Shown here one piece after another: positions 59,901 through 64,000 of a stretch of DNA of 64,000 bases (positions are counted from its first letter, which is position 1; each line of letters begins with the position of its first letter). The position numbers were made by a program, and so were the translations under genes. The DNA lies in NCBI GenBank assembly GCA_046340795.1, contig JBKDSV010000009.1, forward strand, positions 13,505 through 77,504. Reading direction: 5' to 3'. Origin of the DNA: Cyanobacteriota bacterium. GTDB lineage: Bacteria; Cyanobacteriota; Cyanobacteriia; PCC-6307; Cyanobiaceae. Below the pieces are notes generated by a model. It saw only the letters and a program-made list of their open reading frames with translations, searched no databases and was not told the DNA's origin.

Positions 59901-62840
59901 GTGTCCTGCCACGCCATGGACGTGCGCTACGTCAACCAACCCGTGATGGTGGGGCACTACGAGGCGGATGCCATCGCCGCGGCTGAAGCCCTGATCGACC
60001 GCGACCTCGTGGCTGGCGAGCTGAGCAGTCGCAATCGTCTCGGTCTCTACGCCGGTCCGCGCGGAACGGCCACGGTGGTGCTGATGACGACAAGTGCCAG
60101 GGAGCTGCGGGAGGGCGGTTGTCGTGGCGCAGTGGTGATCGGCCTCGGCACCATGGGCGAACTGTCGACCGTGGCCCTCACCGAGGCGGTGCGGGTGGGC
60201 ACGCTGCGCTACCTGCTGCAACTCCTGGATCGGGCGACTGGCGCCACCAAACCCGCACTGGTGGTGGGCCTGGCCAGCCTTCTGATCGGCCAGAACTCGG
60301 GCAATGACATTCACATCGACGATTCCGTCACCGCTCTGGTGGAGGGGGTGCTGGCCGCCAACGAGCAGTTCGCCACCACCTTCCCCGCCATGGCCCTGCG
60401 GGTGGGACAGCTGCAGTTGGTGGAGCTCTATCTCGACACGGCGATCACCGCCACCCGGGCGTTGGCAGGCCTCGAAAGCCGTCTGAACCGCGATGGCGTA
60501 CGGGTGTTGAACGTCGAGCGCGAGCTGCAGTTCGGCAAGGGATGGCGGCACCGGCTGGCGGCGGCGTGGGAGAGTGGCTATTGGCCCCGCATGCTGATCA
60601 GCAATGGGGAGCCCGCCAAGGGCGATGGGCCCACGGCGGACAGCGAGGGGCAACGTCCGGGAGTGCAGCTGGCCAACACCCTGAGCTTCTCCTTCCTGGG
60701 ACAGCGGGCCCGGGCGGAGACTCTGCAGCAGAAACGGCAGAGCGGCTTGGTGGAGGCACTGGTGGCGGCCTGCATCCAAACCCCCACCACCCATCCGGAT
60801 CTGTCCCGCACCCTGTTTCAACTGCTGGTGCCCTCATCGTTCAAGCAGCTGGCCCGCCAGTTGGAACAGCTGGTGCTGGTGTTGGATGACACCACCGCCA
60901 ATGTGCCATGGGAACTGCTCATGGCGGATGACAAACCCCTGGCCCTGCAGCTCGCGGTGGTGCGCCAGCTGCAGGCTTCCCGCTTTCGCGAGCGGTTGCA
61001 CAAGACCACCAGCCGCAATGCCTATGTGATCGGCAACCCAAGCAGTGAAGGCTTTTTCAAGGTGTTCGTCGGCGAGGGGAGCATGGGCTCCACGGGACTG
61101 GCCAGTCTGGAGGGAGCCCGCCAGGAGGCGGAGAGCGTGCTCAGCTTGCTGAGAGAGCGGGCATACGACTGCGAAGAGTCGATTCAAGAGGAGAACGCCG
61201 TGGATGTGATCAACAAGCTTTATCGCCGTCCCTATCGCCTGCTCCACATCGCCGGCCACGGGGTGTACGACCATCCCAGCCGATCGGGCGAACGGCGCAG
61301 CGGCGTGGTGCTTGCCGGCGGCCTGTTGATCACCGTCTCTGAGATCGAGGCGAGGGAGGTGGTGCCGGATCTGGTGTTCCTCAACTGCTGCCACCTGGGC
61401 ACGGTGAAGCGCGAACCCGTGGCCTTCAACCGGCTGGCGGCGAGCGTGGCGGCACAACTGATCGAGATGGGGGTGCGCGCGGTGGTGGCCTGTGGCTGGG
61501 CGGTGGATGACACGGCGGCCCTGGCGTTCGCGCAAACCTTCTACACCGCGATGCTGCAAGGCGTCCCCTTCGGCAATGCGGTCTTCCTAGCCCGCAAGGA
61601 GGCGCACGCCGTCAATCCCAACAGCACCACCTGGGGCGCTTACCAGGCCTATGGCGATCCGGACTACCAACTGGAGGAGTCCCGAGGCGGCTCCAGCCCT
61701 GGCCTGGAACCCGCCACGGCCGAGGCGGCGGAGCCAAGGCCCTGGTCATGGGTGACGCCGATGGAGTTGATCGATCAGCTCCAGCAGCTGGTGGTGCGTC
61801 TTCGCCAGGGTGACAGCCAGGCTCCGGTGCGCCAGTCCCTCCCGGCCGAGCTGGAGTCCCTGCTGAAGACCGCCCCACCCGCCTGGCTGAGCCAGGCGGA
61901 GGTCGCCGTGGCCGTGGCTGACGTCTACGCCGCCTGCGGGGGAGAGCATCAGGAGGAGGCCTGCCGTCATTACCTGGCCGCCATTCGGGCCCATCAAGGC
62001 ACCGATCGGTTGCCGATTCGCGCCATTGAGCAACTGGCCAACCTGGAGGCCCGGCTCGGCGAACGGAGCGATGACGCCCCCCGTGTGATGGCGGCCATCG
62101 AGCGCCTGCGGGCCTTGCTCCGCATCGCCAGCGCAGGAGCCACCCCCGCCACAGGCTCGGCGGCGGCGGGGCCTCCGGAGTGGCAGGCCCTGCTCGGGAG
62201 CGCCTGGAAGCGTCTGGCCGCCCTGCGCGCGCGGGCACTGGTCGCCTCCGGCCGCGCGGGCAAGGAAGCGCTCCAGACCGTGATGGAGCCCCTGGAAGCC
62301 GCCATCGCGGCCTACGGCCTGGCGGGCGGCGATCTCTGCAACCAGTTGAATCTCCTCGCCCTGCAGGCGGTGCGGGATCTCCACCGTGCCGCCGATGCCC
62401 AGGCGATCCGGCACGCCCAGGCCCTGGCCGAGGAACACCAGGGCCTCGCCCGAAGCCAGGCCATTCCCACCTTCTGGAGCGCTGTGGCCGGGGCCGATGC
62501 CCTGCTGGTGGGGCGCCTTGTGGACCACCAGCTGGCGGCGGAGGGCGCCCCGGGGGAGGCGACAGCCCGCCAGGTGCTGGAGAGCTACCAGGAGGTCTTC
62601 CTCAACGTTCGCGCCACCCTCTTGGAACGGGAATCGGTACTGGAGCAGCTCTCCCTGCTGGCGGACGTGGCGCGTGCCCGGGGCAGGAGCCGCACGGATC
62701 TCTGCCCCGCGGCAGCCCTCCTCGCCCAACGGCTGGAGACCATCGAACGCGCCCTGCGAGAGTCGGCGCTGGGCAGGGCCTCGCCGCTGGCGGCGGGCGG
62801 TGACAGGGAGGAGGAGGACGCGATGGAGACCCTGAGCTGA
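56940..62840 (+). CDS. 1966-aa multidomain protein: two alpha/beta-hydrolase-like domains, CHAT protease, helical TPR-like tail
   Basis: VFVHGTGS/VSHGSGG; VVPGFMGS/FPYDWR/AHGMGG/LGTPNHGS; CHAT VPWELL, LHIAGHG, VFLNCCH, GWAVDD, WGAYQAYGDP. Confidence 0.9.
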   Translation: MPPPPALEPALPPPSVLRGVALENPPPPALLRPQARPAGRDVGASPLATAQMPDEDLLSPAFVRVDRAFDLTASAREATAIVSPLTDLPDEQVVVLELVEDGGTAITTAGDLRRRQEHWLSTAAATSQSQRGVVPTGLFSRLYTLTFGDDGLQRVVEQRLKALAREQLGEAVGEAIQINASWLATKLLLKLTEDRLPCPPGLYRWRGGASGGGPPLAADDPTLRADAACGLLVFVHGTGSNSQAGFGELATAGAGIWPLLESAYGERIYGFEQQTFSASPIDNALALAQSLPCGARLNLVSHGSGGLVADLLCAEGIEDALIEAYRYPSAEKTKQTSQRDAAAAEQRERLRQLRGVLAEKALRIERYVRVASPARGSRLLGDNLDLFLSVLLSLISGLPALAGQPAVAVLKRLVLDVVRRRLDPCLIPGLAALAPDAPLAALLDRLPPRSGLAMATLSGQRSGGHPLQRLALLFSDTLFFQRCPNDLIVDTDAMQAGLARRAGAHGWLEKGPSVNHFHYFARPSCARALARWLTERQPLELGEFLPLASNPGERERLRTRESDAREEASAARGRGASVEASQPVVVVVPGFMGSHLWRQTRQERIWFDPRHGIGERLRQLSDLQDAALEPEKLLDLIYGDLCRTLLESHRVVRFPYDWRQPLELLAERLGAVLRPLVAEAEERRPVRLLAHGMGGLVVRACMARDPDLWQRLIQLKGARFLMLGTPNHGSHALVETLLGQSPMIRNLARVSRDLELRELVALVAGFPGALQLLPRPGAESLDGAAEDDLLSAHGPFNGLSWYAEELWTQLKSHNRDRWFGDQLGATPDAATLTRGRWLWEQPASLAELSGDPDRVIYVHGQARRTPCGVTLRQGQLRMLSTTAGDGVVTWNAGRWEGIGHYYRMEADHGSLPCRRDHFPALVELLREGGTNALAPMPRTRGSGDAPPPVLPWQPGPTPFPSEEELFRSLVGGQPLPPEESAATAALQVSCHAMDVRYVNQPVMVGHYEADAIAAAEALIDRDLVAGELSSRNRLGLYAGPRGTATVVLMTTSARELREGGCRGAVVIGLGTMGELSTVALTEAVRVGTLRYLLQLLDRATGATKPALVVGLASLLIGQNSGNDIHIDDSVTALVEGVLAANEQFATTFPAMALRVGQLQLVELYLDTAITATRALAGLESRLNRDGVRVLNVERELQFGKGWRHRLAAAWESGYWPRMLISNGEPAKGDGPTADSEGQRPGVQLANTLSFSFLGQRARAETLQQKRQSGLVEALVAACIQTPTTHPDLSRTLFQLLVPSSFKQLARQLEQLVLVLDDTTANVPWELLMADDKPLALQLAVVRQLQASRFRERLHKTTSRNAYVIGNPSSEGFFKVFVGEGSMGSTGLASLEGARQEAESVLSLLRERAYDCEESIQEENAVDVINKLYRRPYRLLHIAGHGVYDHPSRSGERRSGVVLAGGLLITVSEIEAREVVPDLVFLNCCHLGTVKREPVAFNRLAASVAAQLIEMGVRAVVACGWAVDDTAALAFAQTFYTAMLQGVPFGNAVFLARKEAHAVNPNSTTWGAYQAYGDPDYQLEESRGGSSPGLEPATAEAAEPRPWSWVTPMELIDQLQQLVVRLRQGDSQAPVRQSLPAELESLLKTAPPAWLSQAEVAVAVADVYAACGGEHQEEACRHYLAAIRAHQGTDRLPIRAIEQLANLEARLGERSDDAPRVMAAIERLRALLRIASAGATPATGSAAAGPPEWQALLGSAWKRLAALRARALVASGRAGKEALQTVMEPLEAAIAAYGLAGGDLCNQLNLLALQAVRDLHRAADAQAIRHAQALAEEHQGLARSQAIPTFWSAVAGADALLVGRLVDHQLAAEGAPGEATARQVLESYQEVFLNVRATLLERESVLEQLSLLADVARARGRSRTDLCPAAALLAQRLETIERALRESALGRASPLAAGGDREEEDAMETLS

Positions 62841-62907
62841 CCTGGACGGTCTGGCCGCCAGGCCATGCGGGAAAGTGGCTGGGTGATCGGCATGGAGGCG
62901 GGCGGCG

Positions 62908-64000
62908 GTGAGCGGAGGCAAGGCCAAGCAGGCAGGGAGTGTGGATGGGCTGGTGATCGGCGCTGGACCGGCGGCCCTGGCCATTGCCGCGGAGCTGGGG
63001 GAGCGGGGGCTGAGCGTGGCCGCCCTCGCTCCCGAGGATCCAACCGTCCCCTGGGCCAACACCTACGGCATCTGGGCGCAGGAGGTGGAGGCCCTGGGCC
63101 TGGGCCACCTGCTCTCCCACCGCTGGAGTGACACGGTGAGCCACTTTGGTTCGGGGGGCTCCGCTGGCTCCGGCGGCCCCCCCTCAGCGGAGCTCGACCC
63201 GGACGGGCTGATCCACCACGGCTGTGCCTATGGCCTCTTTGATAAGGCGGCGCTGCAGGGCCACTGGCTGGAACGCTGTGCCCGCTCTGGCGTCACCTGG
63301 GTGCGGGGACGGGCGGAGGCCATCCGCCACGATGCCGCACTGTCCACGGTCACCAGTGCGGAGGGGGAGGAGTGGCGGGCGCGCCTGGTGGTGGATGCCA
63401 GTGGCCATGCCCCGGTCTTTGTGCGCCGCGGCAACGATGGCCCCGTGGCGGGTCAGGCCGCCTACGGGATTGTGGGCCGCTTCAGCGTCCCCCCGATCCC
63501 GCCGGGGCAATTCGTGTTCATGGATTACCGCCCGGATCACCTGCCGGAGGCCGAGCGGCGGCAGCCACCCACGTTTCTCTACGCCATGGATCTGGGTGAG
63601 GGGATCTTTTTTGTGGAGGAGACGTCGCTGGCCCTGGCGCCGGCGGTGCCCTTCCCCACCCTGCAGGCCCGCCTGCGGCGGCGCCTGGCCCATCGCGGGG
63701 CCGAGGTGCGGCAGGTGCTGCATGAGGAGTTTTGCCTCTTCCCCATGAATCCTCCCCTGCCCGATCAACGGCAACGGGTGGTGGGTTTCGGCGGGGCGGG
63801 GGGAATGGTGCATCCGGCTTCGGGGTACATGGTGGGTGGCCTGCTGCGGCGAGCGCCCGATCTGGCGGACGCCATCGCCTCCGGTCTGACGGCGGGGCTG
63901 GTGGGCTCAGCGTTGGCGGAGGTGGCCTGGGGGGGGCTTTGGAGCCCGGAGCTGCGCTGGAAGCACGCCTTTTTTCGCTTCGGACTGGAGAAGTTGATGC
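62908..64000 (+). CDS. crtL: Lycopene cyclase (3' truncated by window edge; absent from the ORF track)
   Basis: Manual translation VIGAGPAALAIA, PWANTYGIW, VVDASGH, GQAAYGIVG, FVFMDYR, FVEETSLA, HPASGY. Confidence 0.92.
   Translation, partial: MSGGKAKQAGSVDGLVIGAGPAALAIAAELGERGLSVAALAPEDPTVPWANTYGIWAQEVEALGLGHLLSHRWSDTVSHFGSGGSAGSGGPPSAELDPDGLIHHGCAYGLFDKAALQGHWLERCARSGVTWVRGRAEAIRHDAALSTVTSAEGEEWRARLVVDASGHAPVFVRRGNDGPVAGQAAYGIVGRFSVPPIPPGQFVFMDYRPDHLPEAERRQPPTFLYAMDLGEGIFFVEETSLALAPAVPFPTLQARLRRRLAHRGAEVRQVLHEEFCLFPMNPPLPDQRQRVVGFGGAGGMVHPASGYMVGGLLRRAPDLADAIASGLTAGLVGSALAEVAWGGLWSPELRWKHAFFRFGLEKLM

Noticed and set aside
1-64000. tRNA, rRNA, integrase, prophage or intact transposase genes; HIP1 enrichment
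   Set aside because: None was recognisable by eye; GCGATCGC was noticed only sporadically (e.g. near 5993, 8964, 15480) and was not counted.

Overview
GC-rich picocyanobacterial (Cyanobium/Synechococcus-like) chromosome. It is mostly two core-gene runs: frr-tal-ftsI-pyrC-lepB-proS-psb27-purA-argB-priA-rpoD-hemC (1-35.2 kb) and chlI-cytM-petG-rsmD-hisH-trxA-Yfr1-guaB-gyrA-crtL (39.3-64 kb). Three accessory loci interrupt them. (i) At 35.4-39.2 kb an IS-scarred junction carries an AT-rich GT2/GT4 fusion glycosyltransferase. (ii) At 44.5-47.2 kb a dense nest of MITEs from three or four families, with readable terminal inverted repeats (TIRs) and target-site duplications (TSDs), precedes an orphan AraC regulator. 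(iii) At 56.1-62.8 kb, between gyrA and crtL, is the most striking feature: a two-gene cassette. It encodes an intact metacaspase and a 1966-aa protein with two alpha/beta-hydrolase domains that both have Gly at the nucleophile Ser position, an intact CHAT protease, and a helical TPR-like tail. This is a candidate protease-cascade defence or cell-death system. Product calls come from motif recognition and recall; no searches were run, and GC statements are by eye.
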